From positions 1-64,000 of the forward strand of contig JBGSUI010000148.1 in NCBI GenBank assembly GCA_041736175.1: a stretch of 64,000 nucleotides of DNA, read 5' to 3'. The number at the start of each line of letters is the position of its first letter. The stretch's first letter is position 1. The notes below the pieces were generated by a model. That model was not told the DNA's origin. It saw nothing but the letters and a program-made list of their open reading frames with translations, and searched no databases. Shown piece after piece: positions 8,708 through 18,503 of this stretch. This stretch comes from Oligoflexales bacterium. Lineage in GTDB: Bacteria > Bdellovibrionota_B > Oligoflexia > Oligoflexales > CAIYRB01. A program made the translations under genes and the position numbers.

Positions 8708-10579
8708 ATGAGCCAGAATGCCGGACCAACCTGGGATCTTACCAGTGAGTTTAGGGATCTTGAGGACTCAAAGATCAGAGTTCTTAAAGATCGGTTTCAG
8801 CTGCTTCTTGCCGAGATTAAGACGGAGGTTGTCCCCTTTGCCCAGTGGCTTAGGTCAGAAAAAGGAACCGGCAGACCGATTGGCTTGACCATTCCAGATC
8901 TCAGTTCAGATCTCGTGGACCTTGTGGCTGCAATCCTTAAAAAACGGGATGAGACCAAAACGATCATCCACGATATCGTCACCTATTGTTCCTGTCTGCT
9001 AAGTGTAGACGGGACCTTGGAAGCTCCTAAAAAGGGGCTTGGAGAATGGGACGCCCTCGATGCCCAACTCAATATTGCTCTCAAACCTCTCGTGTTATGG
9101 TTGACCCTTGGCGACGAGTCGGACATCAAGGTGCTCAAGGAGAATCATGCAACCCAGGCAGAATCTTTTGCCATCGAGAAACTCCGCAAACGCCAGCACC
9201 AGACCCTCTCTTTGGATCAGGAGGCCCTCCTCGAAGAGCTTGAAATCCACGGTCCCCTTGCCTTTGGCCGTTTGTATGATGACCTCACCGGCGTGCTCTC
9301 TTGTCAGGTAGAAAACCACGACGGGACACCCGAGACCATCGGCCTTGCCGAGGCTGCAAACCGTCTGATGGGCCCTGATGAGGGGCAACGCCGTCAGACC
9401 TACCAAGCCATCGACAAAACCTTTCGTGCCCATGAGCAATCCTTTGCGGCGATTATCAATCACATCACCGGCTGGCGACAATCTGTCCTTAAAGCTCGGT
9501 CGACTAAAAAAACCCAACACTACCTCGACCCAGCTTTGCACCAAGCCCAGATTTCCCCCAAGACTCTCGAGGCGATGCTCCATGCTGTAGAAGCGGCGCG
9601 ACCCCTAGGCCAAAAGGCTTTGCGACTCCAGGCCAAACTGCTCAACAAAAAAGTATTAGATCCCTGGGATCTAATGGCACCTTGTCCGGGGGGTGGCACC
9701 GATGACGTGGAGATTGGTTTTGCAGAGGGCATTCGTAAAATCGAAGATTCCTTTGGCCAGCTTTCGCCTTCCATGAAAGCCTTTGTCACTATGATGGTCG
9801 AAAAAAAATGGATTGACGCCAGCGTAGGACCAAATAAACGTCCTGGGGCCTATTGCACCCAATTTATGGGATCCCGTGAACCCAGGGTTTATATGACCTA
9901 TAGTGGGAGCCTTACCAATTTAAGCACGCTCGCCCACGAGCTAGGCCACGCAATGCATTTTTGGTTGATGCGCGATTTGCCTTGGATCGAGCTTGACTAC
10001 CCCATGACCTTAGCTGAGACGGCGAGTATTTTTGCGGAGTCGTTGCTGTTTGACGATCTGGTCCGCAACTACCAAGACCGTCCCCGCCAGCTGCTTTCCC
10101 TGCTTTGGGAAGGGGCGGGCGATGCAGCCACCTTTTTGCTTAATATCCCGGCGCGTTTTGCTATGGAGTCGCAGTTTCACGAACACCGTCAGAAATCCCT
10201 GTTGACGCCCGAAGACTTGCGCCAAATCACCGACCGGACCTGGCGTCACTGGTATGGACCAAGCCTCTCCCAGCCCAATACTATGTTTTGGGCCACAAAG
10301 CTGCACTTCTCCATTGGCAGTATGAGCTTTTATAATTTCCCCTATACTTTTGGATATTTGTTTAGCCTAAGTGTGTTTTCCCGTCGCGCTGAGTTTGGCA
10401 AGGATTTTTACAACCGCTACCGTGCTCTGCTGCGGGACACGGGTCGAATGACGGCGGAGCAGGTGGCTCACAAACACTTGGGTGAAGACTTGGCGGATCC
10501 CAAGTTTTGGCAAAAGGCACTTGAGATCGTGAAAGGCCGGGTGGATCAATTTGAAGCGGCTGCGGCCAAGATTTTTTAA
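8708..10579 (+). CDS. M3B oligoendopeptidase F family
   Basis: WDL N-terminal motif, KRPGAYC, TLAHELGHAMH, LAETASIFAE, FYNFPYTFGYL; start ATG 8708 preferred over 8606 by RBS. Confidence 0.92.
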   Translation: MSQNAGPTWDLTSEFRDLEDSKIRVLKDRFQLLLAEIKTEVVPFAQWLRSEKGTGRPIGLTIPDLSSDLVDLVAAILKKRDETKTIIHDIVTYCSCLLSVDGTLEAPKKGLGEWDALDAQLNIALKPLVLWLTLGDESDIKVLKENHATQAESFAIEKLRKRQHQTLSLDQEALLEELEIHGPLAFGRLYDDLTGVLSCQVENHDGTPETIGLAEAANRLMGPDEGQRRQTYQAIDKTFRAHEQSFAAIINHITGWRQSVLKARSTKKTQHYLDPALHQAQISPKTLEAMLHAVEAARPLGQKALRLQAKLLNKKVLDPWDLMAPCPGGGTDDVEIGFAEGIRKIEDSFGQLSPSMKAFVTMMVEKKWIDASVGPNKRPGAYCTQFMGSREPRVYMTYSGSLTNLSTLAHELGHAMHFWLMRDLPWIELDYPMTLAETASIFAESLLFDDLVRNYQDRPRQLLSLLWEGAGDAATFLLNIPARFAMESQFHEHRQKSLLTPEDLRQITDRTWRHWYGPSLSQPNTMFWATKLHFSIGSMSFYNFPYTFGYLFSLSVFSRRAEFGKDFYNRYRALLRDTGRMTAEQVAHKHLGEDLADPKFWQKALEIVKGRVDQFEAAAAKIF

Positions 10580-10608
10580 CTCGCCAATCCCAGGGCATAG
10601 GAGGACTT

Positions 10609-11838
10609 ATGACAAACTTTTCCATATCTCGGGACCTTCTTAAGGAGGTCGCCCAACGGGTTGGGTCCGTACTCCCAAAGGTGGTCGCCTTTCGCCACGA
10701 ATGCCATAGGCATCCGGAGCTTAGTTGGCAGGAACACCAAACAGCCGAGAGGGTGGCTCGCGAGCTAAACAACTTGGGGCTTAAGCCTAAGACCGGTGTG
10801 GGCCGTCTTGGGGTGACCGCCCTGATCGAAGGCGAGCACCCAGGACCCACCATCGCCTTGCGGGCCGATATGGACGCTCTGCCGGTACAAGAGATCACAG
10901 AGCAGGCCTATAAGTCCCAGGTGAAAGGCGTGATGCATGCCTGTGGCCATGATGGACATATGGCTAATCTTCTTGGGGCGGCGATGGTTCTTAAGGAAAT
11001 GCGTTCTAAACTCCATGGACGCGTCAAACTGATCTTTCAGCCGGCAGAAGAGGGCGGAGCGGGGGCCGAGGTGATGTGTGAGGACGGCGTCCTCGCCGAC
11101 CCAAAGGTCGATATGATCGTTGGGCTCCATGGGTGGCCCGAGCTGGCCTGCGGCCATGTTTACCTGCGGACCGGGGCGATGCTGGCGGCGACCACAGAAT
11201 TTCAGATCACCGTGGAAGGAGTCGGCTGTCATGCGGCTATGCCCCACCTCGGGACCGACCAGATCCTGATCGCCTCTCGACTCGTGGACAGTCTCCAAAG
11301 TTTGAGGTCTCGGTTGGTCGCACCCACTGAGCCGATGGCACTTTCGATCACGACCTTCCACGGGGGAGCGGCCACCAACGTGATTCCCAGACAGGTGGAG
11401 TTGGGCGGGACCCTTAGGACCGTGGACGAAGCCACCCGCGACCGGGTAGTCCATGGCATGAGGCAGCATATAAAGGGGTTTCAAGAGACCTATGGTGTGA
11501 CGATTGCCCTCGCTGTTGAAGATAACTATCCACCCACCATCAATCACCGAGGGCCCACCCTGTTTGTGGAGCAGGTGGCCCGCCAAATTTTGCCGCCCGA
11601 AGAGGTTCATTGGATGCCCCATCCTTCCATGGGGGGCGAAGATTTTGCCTTTTACCTCAAGCGAGTTCCTGGATGTTATTTCTTTTTAGGGATGAACGAG
11701 GGATCGCCGGGCAGTCATCCCTCTCTCCATCACCCTGCTTATGATTTCAACGATAGGGCTCTCCCGGTAGGGATTCAAATCTTTGTCCATGCCGCTTTAG
11801 GATTTCACCGATCTAGGGAATCAGCTTCCATGGTGTAG
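10609..11838 (+). CDS. M20D amidohydrolase
   Basis: HRHPELS, LRADMDALP, MHACGHDGH, FQPAEEG, GGEDF, LHHP motifs. Confidence 0.93.
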   Translation: MTNFSISRDLLKEVAQRVGSVLPKVVAFRHECHRHPELSWQEHQTAERVARELNNLGLKPKTGVGRLGVTALIEGEHPGPTIALRADMDALPVQEITEQAYKSQVKGVMHACGHDGHMANLLGAAMVLKEMRSKLHGRVKLIFQPAEEGGAGAEVMCEDGVLADPKVDMIVGLHGWPELACGHVYLRTGAMLAATTEFQITVEGVGCHAAMPHLGTDQILIASRLVDSLQSLRSRLVAPTEPMALSITTFHGGAATNVIPRQVELGGTLRTVDEATRDRVVHGMRQHIKGFQETYGVTIALAVEDNYPPTINHRGPTLFVEQVARQILPPEEVHWMPHPSMGGEDFAFYLKRVPGCYFFLGMNEGSPGSHPSLHHPAYDFNDRALPVGIQIFVHAALGFHRSRESASMV

Positions 11839-11869
11839 AACCCGACACCAAAGACCTAAGACAAGGATA

Positions 11870-12412
11870 CTACGTCTTAGGTTTTACGGTTTCGACAATG
11901 GTTTTAAGTTGAGAAAGGCCCTTTTCAAAGTCGTTGCCAACCATTTTGTCGACGTTCATCAAGAGGGCGAACATTTTGCCTATAAAGTTGTTGGTCCCGG
12001 TCATAGTCCAAGTCACCAGGGTCCCTTGGTCTTTGGGGTCTAGGCGAAAGGTGGTTTCGTTGGTGGCTTCCATGGGCTTGAGGAATTCCAATCTAAGAGT
12101 GACAAGGCTGGGGGCGACGCTTTTAATGATCGTCATCTTGCCTTCGCCGACGTCATCGTTACCAACCCAGCCGTAGGTGGCGCCTTCTCCGGTTTGTGGG
12201 CCGGCAAAGACGGTCTTCATAGTGGGGTCAAGCTTGGCCCAGGGGGACCATTTTTCCCATAGATGGAGGTCGTTCACCTGTTCGAAAACCATGGCTGGTG
12301 GGGCTTGAAGGGTGAGAGATCTCTCAATCCGAAAATCTGGAGGTTGTAGGGCGACGACGACTAGAAAAAGAACAGCAGCTGCGATCAGTCCAAGTAGGAT
12401 CCGTTTTACCAT
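11870..12412 (-). CDS. SRPBCC (polyketide cyclase/START) family protein
   Basis: N-terminal TM, FRIERS, WSPW, G.GATYGW.GN..VGEGKM, DFEKGL motifs. Confidence 0.85.
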   Translation of the reverse strand: MVKRILLGLIAAAVLFLVVVALQPPDFRIERSLTLQAPPAMVFEQVNDLHLWEKWSPWAKLDPTMKTVFAGPQTGEGATYGWVGNDDVGEGKMTIIKSVAPSLVTLRLEFLKPMEATNETTFRLDPKDQGTLVTWTMTGTNNFIGKMFALLMNVDKMVGNDFEKGLSQLKTIVETVKPKT

Positions 12413-12571
12413 AAGGGCCGCCTAAAGATTTGTATTAATAAATGATCAATAAACATGAAATGAGTTTACCCGAAGTAAAGAGATAATCAAAGTGATTTAC
12501 GATCCATCTTCATCGATTTTTCATAGTTTTCGTAGTAAGTGTAGAAAAGATTCATTATAAGTCCAAATGTA

Positions 12572-15500
12572 ATGGGGCCCCTACTCATAGACGGGTGGGT
12601 CAAAATTGAGGCGAACTTGCAAAAATTAAAGGCAAAAAATCAGCAGATTTTAAACCGTTTAAAGACTGGCCTTGGTCATGTACGCAGTCTTGTCAGCGGA
12701 GTCACGATATTCATTTCGATATCTCTTTCTATTTGGTTCTTTGTCAATGCGATGCTTGCTAATAAGTTTGCCCACCAGGCCGAGGATATTCAAGTCCTTA
12801 TCAACGAGCTCTTGGTAAAAACAGTCGAAATCGAATCGGATTTAAAATCATATATTGTGACCATTAACCCTCTCTTTCTCGAATCGATAGGCCGAATCAA
12901 AGGGGAAATTTACACTGACTATCGACGCATTAGCGAGTTAACCGTCGATGATCCTGTACAGCAGACTAATCTAATAGATCTTGATTTAGCGATCCAGAAA
13001 TTCTTGAAACATATGGATCAACTGATAAAAATCAGGCAGGAAGAAGGCCTGGAAGCAGCCGCAAAATTGATTGAATATCGAGGACATCGCTCAGTAGCAT
13101 TGTCTCTCAAACCTATCATCGAAAAAATGAATGGTGAGGAAGAAAGCCTCCTTAAAGATCGTTTGGAGGGCTTTCAGCAGTCAAGCATTCTCTTGGTTTT
13201 GGTGACGACAGTTGGGGTGACGCTTATATTTTATTTATTAAAGGCAAGCAATGTTAAGTGGCATAAAAATCTAGAGCGGGAACTCCTCGCAGAACGACAA
13301 CAACGAAGTGCGGAAGAACGATTGCGGATCGTCGTAGAACACGGGCCTATCGCTGTTGCGGTTTTTGATCGAGAGATGCGCTACTTGATGGCCAGTAAAC
13401 GGTGGATCGCTGATTATGGAATCCATATTGATGACCTAAAGGGTCGGTCTCATCGGGAATTGTTCCCTGAGATTGGGCCAGCTTGGTGGGATATCCATCT
13501 GCGGTGTCTTGAGGGAAAAATAGAATCGTCGAAGGGTGAGAAATTTCACCATATCAATGGTGCGTTTCAATGGATTAAGTGGGAAGTCAGACCTTGGTGC
13601 GATGCCGATGGAAATGTCGGTGGAACGATGATTTTTAGCGAAGATATCACGACGACTAAAGAGGCTGAGGAAAGTTTAAGGGCCAGCGAGGAGCGCTTTC
13701 GAGCCTTAGCTAATTCGATGCCGCAAATCGTTTGGACCTGCACCGCAGATGGACAACCCGATTACTATAACGATCGTTGGTATGCCGTGACAGGGACTTT
13801 TCCCTCAAGGGATAACCAGAAGACTCCTTGGATCGACTTAGTGCATGAAGGTGATAAACATAAGACGACACTTGCTTGGAACGAGTCGGTCGCCACTGGC
13901 AAAATATTTCGTAGAGAATTTCGCTTACAAGATGTACGAGACGGCAGCTTTCATTGGTATCTTGCCCAGGCGGTGGCAGAAAAAGGTCCCGATGGGTACG
14001 TCGCCATGTGGTACGGCACCCTTACGGACATCGACCAGCAAAAGGCCACCGAAGAGCATTTACTGGAAAGCGAATTAACAACTCGAAGCGTGATTGAAGG
14101 GGTTGTCGATGGTGTGATTACTGCTGATGATCAGGGGACGATACTTTCTTGGAATAGTGCCGCCAAGCGGATTTTTGGTTACGAAAGCCACCAAGTGATC
14201 GGCCAAAATCTAAAAATCCTTTTACATTCAGATCATTGTCTAAATCATGATGGATATGTAAAAGACTATTTACGCACGGGATACAGTACGACCATGGGCA
14301 AACCTCGTGAAATCGTCGGTCTGCGAGCGGATGGATCGAATGTACCTCTAGAGATTAGTTTAGGGGTCATTAAGGTTCATGAAAAGATGATCTTTGTGGG
14401 TGTGACCCGCGATATTAGCGAACAAAAGCAAAATGAAATCGATCGTATGGCTAGACAGATTGCCGAGTCCAGCAATCGACTCAAAAGCGAGTTTTTAGCA
14501 AACATGAGTCATGAGATCCGTACACCCATGAATGGAATCCTGGGGATGACAGACCTGGTCCTGGGAACCGATTTAAACCGCCAGCAACGGGATTATTTGA
14601 GTATTGTGAAAGTTTCAGGCGCCTCCCTGCTGACCATTATCAATGATATTTTAGATTTTTCTAAAATAGAGGCAGGTCATGTTGACTTAGAGCCGATATC
14701 CTTTGAGTTTGGCCCCTCTATAGGGGTGCTCATCAAAAGCATGGCCCCCAAAGCCCATCACAAAGGTTTGGAATTGGTCTGCCATCTCTCTCCTCAGGTG
14801 CCACAGTGGTTAGTGGGTGATGTGGGGCGTCTAGCCCAGGTTTTAAACAACTTGATGTCAAATGCTATAAAGTTTACCGACCATGGCTTGGTTGAGATCG
14901 AAGTCAGCTGTGGCGTCGAATCCCATGCCGCTTGTGGTGATTTACACCCAGAGTCAACTGATTCAAAGGAAGATCAGCTATTTATCCTTAGATTTTCGGT
15001 GAGAGATACCGGAATTGGGATCCCGGAGAGTCGTTTAGAGGAGGTTTTTAATCCCTTTGTACAGGCTGATCGATCGACTATACGGAAATTTGGAGGAACT
15101 GGCCTTGGCCTAGCGATTTCGCGCCAACTTGTCGAAAGGATGGGGGGACACATTAACGTGAAAAGCCAAATAGGTGGAGGTAGCACCTTTGAGTTTACCG
15201 TCAGGATGCAGTCCGATACCACCGAAACCAATAGTCCTCATTCATTTGAACTGAAGGGATACAAGGTGGCCATCTTTGATGCTCAGACCACTTCAGCAAA
15301 GAATCTTTCAAAAATCCTTAAACATTGGGGAGCCAAAGTCTATATCACAGGATCTCTTGAGGAGCTTCGAGGTCTTTGTGCAAAGATACAGATGGATCGT
15401 GTTTTTATCGGCGGCAGCGAAATTGTTGACTTTGGAGCTGACCTACAAAAGGTTCTGCATTCCTGTGGGATCGATATGGCAAATGTGATTGCCATGCTTA

Positions 15501-16129
15501 CTTTTAACGACCGTATGAGGCAGGTATGGGCCTATGAAAGTTTAGGGGTGACTGTGGTGATGGATAAACCCATTATGGAAGCTGATGTGGTACAGGTCAT
15601 TTTCAGCTCAAACCACGATTTTTCCTATAAAACGACCCACGATCCCAACCTTAAAAACAGCGGGGAGCCGAGTCTTTCCATACTCGTCACCGATGATAAT
15701 CCCGTAAACCAGATGGTTGCCGAAGGATTTTTATGCAGTTGGGGCCATCGAGTGAGCTTGGCTGAAGATGGCGAGGAGGCTCTTGTATTGTTAGAAAAAC
15801 ATCGGTTTGATGTCATGCTCCTCGATCTCTGTATGCCTGGTCTCGATGGATTTGCAACCCTTGATCGATTGCGTCGTAAAGAACAAGAATCTGGTGATCA
15901 TCTTCCGGTCATTGCGGTAACTGCCCAGGCAATGGCAGAGGACCAATCTCGGTGTATGGAGGCAGGTTTTGATGGTTATATCTCAAAGCCATTTGAACCC
16001 GCCCTTCTTAAGGGTATGCTCAATCGGTTGATGATGAGGAGAACGCCCTCTCAATGTTTATCCCCCCATGTTGCTTGCGGACTGAAAACCACTGATAATG
16101 GAAAGGAGTCCACGTCTATGGAGGGGTGA
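12572..16129 (+). CDS. Hybrid sensor histidine kinase (CHASE3-like, 3x PAS, HisKA, HATPase, degenerate REC, REC)
   Basis: Two TM segments, three PAS/PAC blocks, FLANMSHEIRTPMNG, NAIKFT, DTGIGI, GGTGLGL, DLCMPGLDG; start uncertain. Confidence 0.92.
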   Translation: MGPLLIDGWVKIEANLQKLKAKNQQILNRLKTGLGHVRSLVSGVTIFISISLSIWFFVNAMLANKFAHQAEDIQVLINELLVKTVEIESDLKSYIVTINPLFLESIGRIKGEIYTDYRRISELTVDDPVQQTNLIDLDLAIQKFLKHMDQLIKIRQEEGLEAAAKLIEYRGHRSVALSLKPIIEKMNGEEESLLKDRLEGFQQSSILLVLVTTVGVTLIFYLLKASNVKWHKNLERELLAERQQRSAEERLRIVVEHGPIAVAVFDREMRYLMASKRWIADYGIHIDDLKGRSHRELFPEIGPAWWDIHLRCLEGKIESSKGEKFHHINGAFQWIKWEVRPWCDADGNVGGTMIFSEDITTTKEAEESLRASEERFRALANSMPQIVWTCTADGQPDYYNDRWYAVTGTFPSRDNQKTPWIDLVHEGDKHKTTLAWNESVATGKIFRREFRLQDVRDGSFHWYLAQAVAEKGPDGYVAMWYGTLTDIDQQKATEEHLLESELTTRSVIEGVVDGVITADDQGTILSWNSAAKRIFGYESHQVIGQNLKILLHSDHCLNHDGYVKDYLRTGYSTTMGKPREIVGLRADGSNVPLEISLGVIKVHEKMIFVGVTRDISEQKQNEIDRMARQIAESSNRLKSEFLANMSHEIRTPMNGILGMTDLVLGTDLNRQQRDYLSIVKVSGASLLTIINDILDFSKIEAGHVDLEPISFEFGPSIGVLIKSMAPKAHHKGLELVCHLSPQVPQWLVGDVGRLAQVLNNLMSNAIKFTDHGLVEIEVSCGVESHAACGDLHPESTDSKEDQLFILRFSVRDTGIGIPESRLEEVFNPFVQADRSTIRKFGGTGLGLAISRQLVERMGGHINVKSQIGGGSTFEFTVRMQSDTTETNSPHSFELKGYKVAIFDAQTTSAKNLSKILKHWGAKVYITGSLEELRGLCAKIQMDRVFIGGSEIVDFGADLQKVLHSCGIDMANVIAMLTFNDRMRQVWAYESLGVTVVMDKPIMEADVVQVIFSSNHDFSYKTTHDPNLKNSGEPSLSILVTDDNPVNQMVAEGFLCSWGHRVSLAEDGEEALVLLEKHRFDVMLLDLCMPGLDGFATLDRLRRKEQESGDHLPVIAVTAQAMAEDQSRCMEAGFDGYISKPFEPALLKGMLNRLMMRRTPSQCLSPHVACGLKTTDNGKESTSMEG

Positions 16130-16133
16130 GTCC

Positions 16134-17141
16134 TTGATCTTACATCAATTGATTTCGTTGTTCTTTGTGTTGACCTTTATGGGTCCTGTGATCGCTGCTG
16201 AAGGGACGGACGATCTCTGGATAGAAATCGGAGGGAAGGGGGGAGATGTCTCGATCCATGCCCAGGTGGGATCGGAGGTGCAAGAGTTTAAGATCCAGGG
16301 TGGCCTGAAGGATGTGAAGGGCCGGTTTGACAAGCTATATGATATCCTGCAGGAAAAAGTAAAAAAAGACCTGCCGGTTTTTCGGTCAGATATAGATTAT
16401 CTGAGTCAAAAGATCAGCGGACCACTCGCAAAGCTCTTTGCCAAGTCCAAGCATGTGGTCTTTCAGATTGATAAAGATTTTGTCCGTGCACCCTTAGATC
16501 TCCTCGAAGTGGATGGCAAACCGGTTTTTTTAACCCACGACGTGACCTATGTAGTGTCAAAGTTTAAGTTACAAAAATCGATGCCCAAGATCGAGTCTGG
16601 TTATCTTATGGCTGATCGTACCTGTGATCCTGAATTCGGCCTCAAGGCGGTCGCGAAAACTTTGCCAAAGGCCACCTATATCGAGATGAAGGATGCCAGC
16701 CTTAAAACAATCAAAAAGGCTGCCAAAAAAGCCGATATTCTCGTTATAAGTGCCCACGGGGAAATCGACAAAAAAAACTCCGGAGGCATTTCCATCAACA
16801 AAGAAGAGCTTGACTCGGATTTTATCAAAAAACTAGATGTTAACCTTACCTATTTTGACTCCTGCCAGATGGGCGCAGCCTGGGACTTTGTCAAAGAATT
16901 CCGGGACAATCAAACTTCGATTTATTATACCGCGCCAATCATCAGCAACGATGCTGGCGATTCTTCGACCCGTACCGTGACCTGGTTTTTCGAAGAAATA
17001 AACCAAGGCAAGACCCCCTCAGCCGCCTTGGCGACCACGCGACGACGGCTTTATGAATTTTATAAAAACAAAAAACTAGATGAGATTACTGTCCTTAACA
17101 AAGCTTTTGCCTTTAGACTCTATGAATTTGATCAAAGGTAG
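16134..17141 (+). CDS. Secreted CHAT (caspase/HetF-like) domain protein
   Basis: Signal-like N-terminus (TTG 16134 after GGAGG; alternative ATG 16098), PLDLL, VISAHG and FDSC dyad motifs, FFEEI..GKTPSAAL..TRR and terminal AFRLY. Confidence 0.65.
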   Translation: MILHQLISLFFVLTFMGPVIAAEGTDDLWIEIGGKGGDVSIHAQVGSEVQEFKIQGGLKDVKGRFDKLYDILQEKVKKDLPVFRSDIDYLSQKISGPLAKLFAKSKHVVFQIDKDFVRAPLDLLEVDGKPVFLTHDVTYVVSKFKLQKSMPKIESGYLMADRTCDPEFGLKAVAKTLPKATYIEMKDASLKTIKKAAKKADILVISAHGEIDKKNSGGISINKEELDSDFIKKLDVNLTYFDSCQMGAAWDFVKEFRDNQTSIYYTAPIISNDAGDSSTRTVTWFFEEINQGKTPSAALATTRRRLYEFYKNKKLDEITVLNKAFAFRLYEFDQR

Positions 17142-17146
17142 ACAGT

Positions 17147-18199
17147 TTATGGCCTAGATCTTATGGCATTTCTGATAAATTTGCCAGATTCGGTGAGATC
17201 TCCCTCGCCCCATCCCCCTTGGGTTTTCCGTGGAGAGGTCTCTTTGATTGCAGAAGCAGATTCCTTTTTATCGTGTAGAGACCAGTTTGCCCAGCTGATT
17301 TGGTGTTGGTCCATAAACTCGATCCATTTCCGACTTTCTCCGAGGTCAATATAACCGTTACCTGAAAAATCACAGGTACCCCATTCGGTCACAAACAGTG
17401 CGATTCCCTTGTTGAGTGCTTTGACGGCTTTATCTCTCAATTCTTGGCGATGACTGGCCGCATAAAAGTGCAAGGTATAAGCAATATTTTCAAACTTTAA
17501 AGGGTCCTCCGCAGCGATGTCCACATCTTGGGACCACATAGGTGTCCCCACGATGATGAGGTTTCGAGCGCCTTTTGCCCTGATGGCGTTGATCACGGGT
17601 ATGGCATAGGACTTGATGGTTTTCCATTGGATTCCAAGTGGTTCGTTATAGATTTCAAAGATAACATTAGGATGTTTACCATAGAGTTCAGCCATTTCGG
17701 AAAAAAAAGCCACTGCATCTTCACTACGACTTTCAGCATTATGATCATGCCAGTCTATGATCACGTAAATACCCTCTCTAATAGCTGACTCAACGACACT
17801 CTTTACCTTATTTTTTTCATCGTTTTTGTTAAACAGGTAACCACTACCCTGTTCGTTGACTCCCATAGCTGCTCTGACGACAGTGGATTGCCAATCATTG
17901 GCTAGGGTCGCAATCACCCCTGAGTTCCAAAACTCAGGTGCCCATTGGCTCCAAAATAAACTCATTCCTTTTAACTGAACTGGGTTATTGTTTTTATCAA
18001 CAATTTTGTTACCTGCCACTCTTAAGGCACCATGTCTTTCTACTGGACTTCCTTGTTTGGGTTGTAAAGCTTCTAATCCATTCGCTACATTCAGACTGTT
18101 TGCCGATTCCTTTCCCTCGCGACAAGAGCTGACTCCAAAAAAAATGGGTAAGACCGAGAAAACTAACGAAATCTTCGACATTAAATTGATGTTCTTCAT
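17147..18199 (-). CDS. GH5 endoglucanase (cellulase-type), lipoprotein
   Basis: VERHGALRV, QLKGMSLFWS, IIDWH, EIYNEP (acid/base), HFYAASH, FVTEWG (nucleophile), SWANW; lipobox-like VSSC. Confidence 0.93.
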   Translation of the reverse strand: MKNINLMSKISLVFSVLPIFFGVSSCREGKESANSLNVANGLEALQPKQGSPVERHGALRVAGNKIVDKNNNPVQLKGMSLFWSQWAPEFWNSGVIATLANDWQSTVVRAAMGVNEQGSGYLFNKNDEKNKVKSVVESAIREGIYVIIDWHDHNAESRSEDAVAFFSEMAELYGKHPNVIFEIYNEPLGIQWKTIKSYAIPVINAIRAKGARNLIIVGTPMWSQDVDIAAEDPLKFENIAYTLHFYAASHRQELRDKAVKALNKGIALFVTEWGTCDFSGNGYIDLGESRKWIEFMDQHQISWANWSLHDKKESASAIKETSPRKTQGGWGEGDLTESGKFIRNAIRSRP

Positions 18200-18243
18200 T
18201 TGAAAACTCCCCTTTAGGAAAATTTACCTAACTGCAATCATTG

Positions 18244-18260
18244 AGCAATATTGATGCCAA
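18244..18260 (-). promoter_or_regulatory. Putative sigma54 promoter of the GH5 gene
   Basis: Minus strand TTGGCATCAATATTGCT, GG-N10-GC, about 45 bp upstream of the start. Confidence 0.7.
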
Positions 18261-18503
18261 GAAGAGTTTTTTTAAAAACCCCCGCATTTTCAGGGAAATT
18301 AACTATCTCCCGACCCAGTGAGGAGCCACTTGTTTTGACAGTTTCGATGTTTTTGACACATTTTCTGGGGTTTGACTTGAGACCTTGGCTTTGCTTTGAT
18401 TTCAAACTTATGGAACGTTCCGTGAAAATTTTTGCTAAATCCGTTATCAAATCCAAGCTGGATGACAGATCTAACTTTCCACAAATCATTTTAGAGTTTG
18501 CTT

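Noticed and set aside
10765..11622. 285-aa antisense ORF (likewise 18498-19166, 22703-23458, 49920-50525 and other nested ORFs)
   Set aside because: Shadow frames of well-supported genes with no motifs of their own
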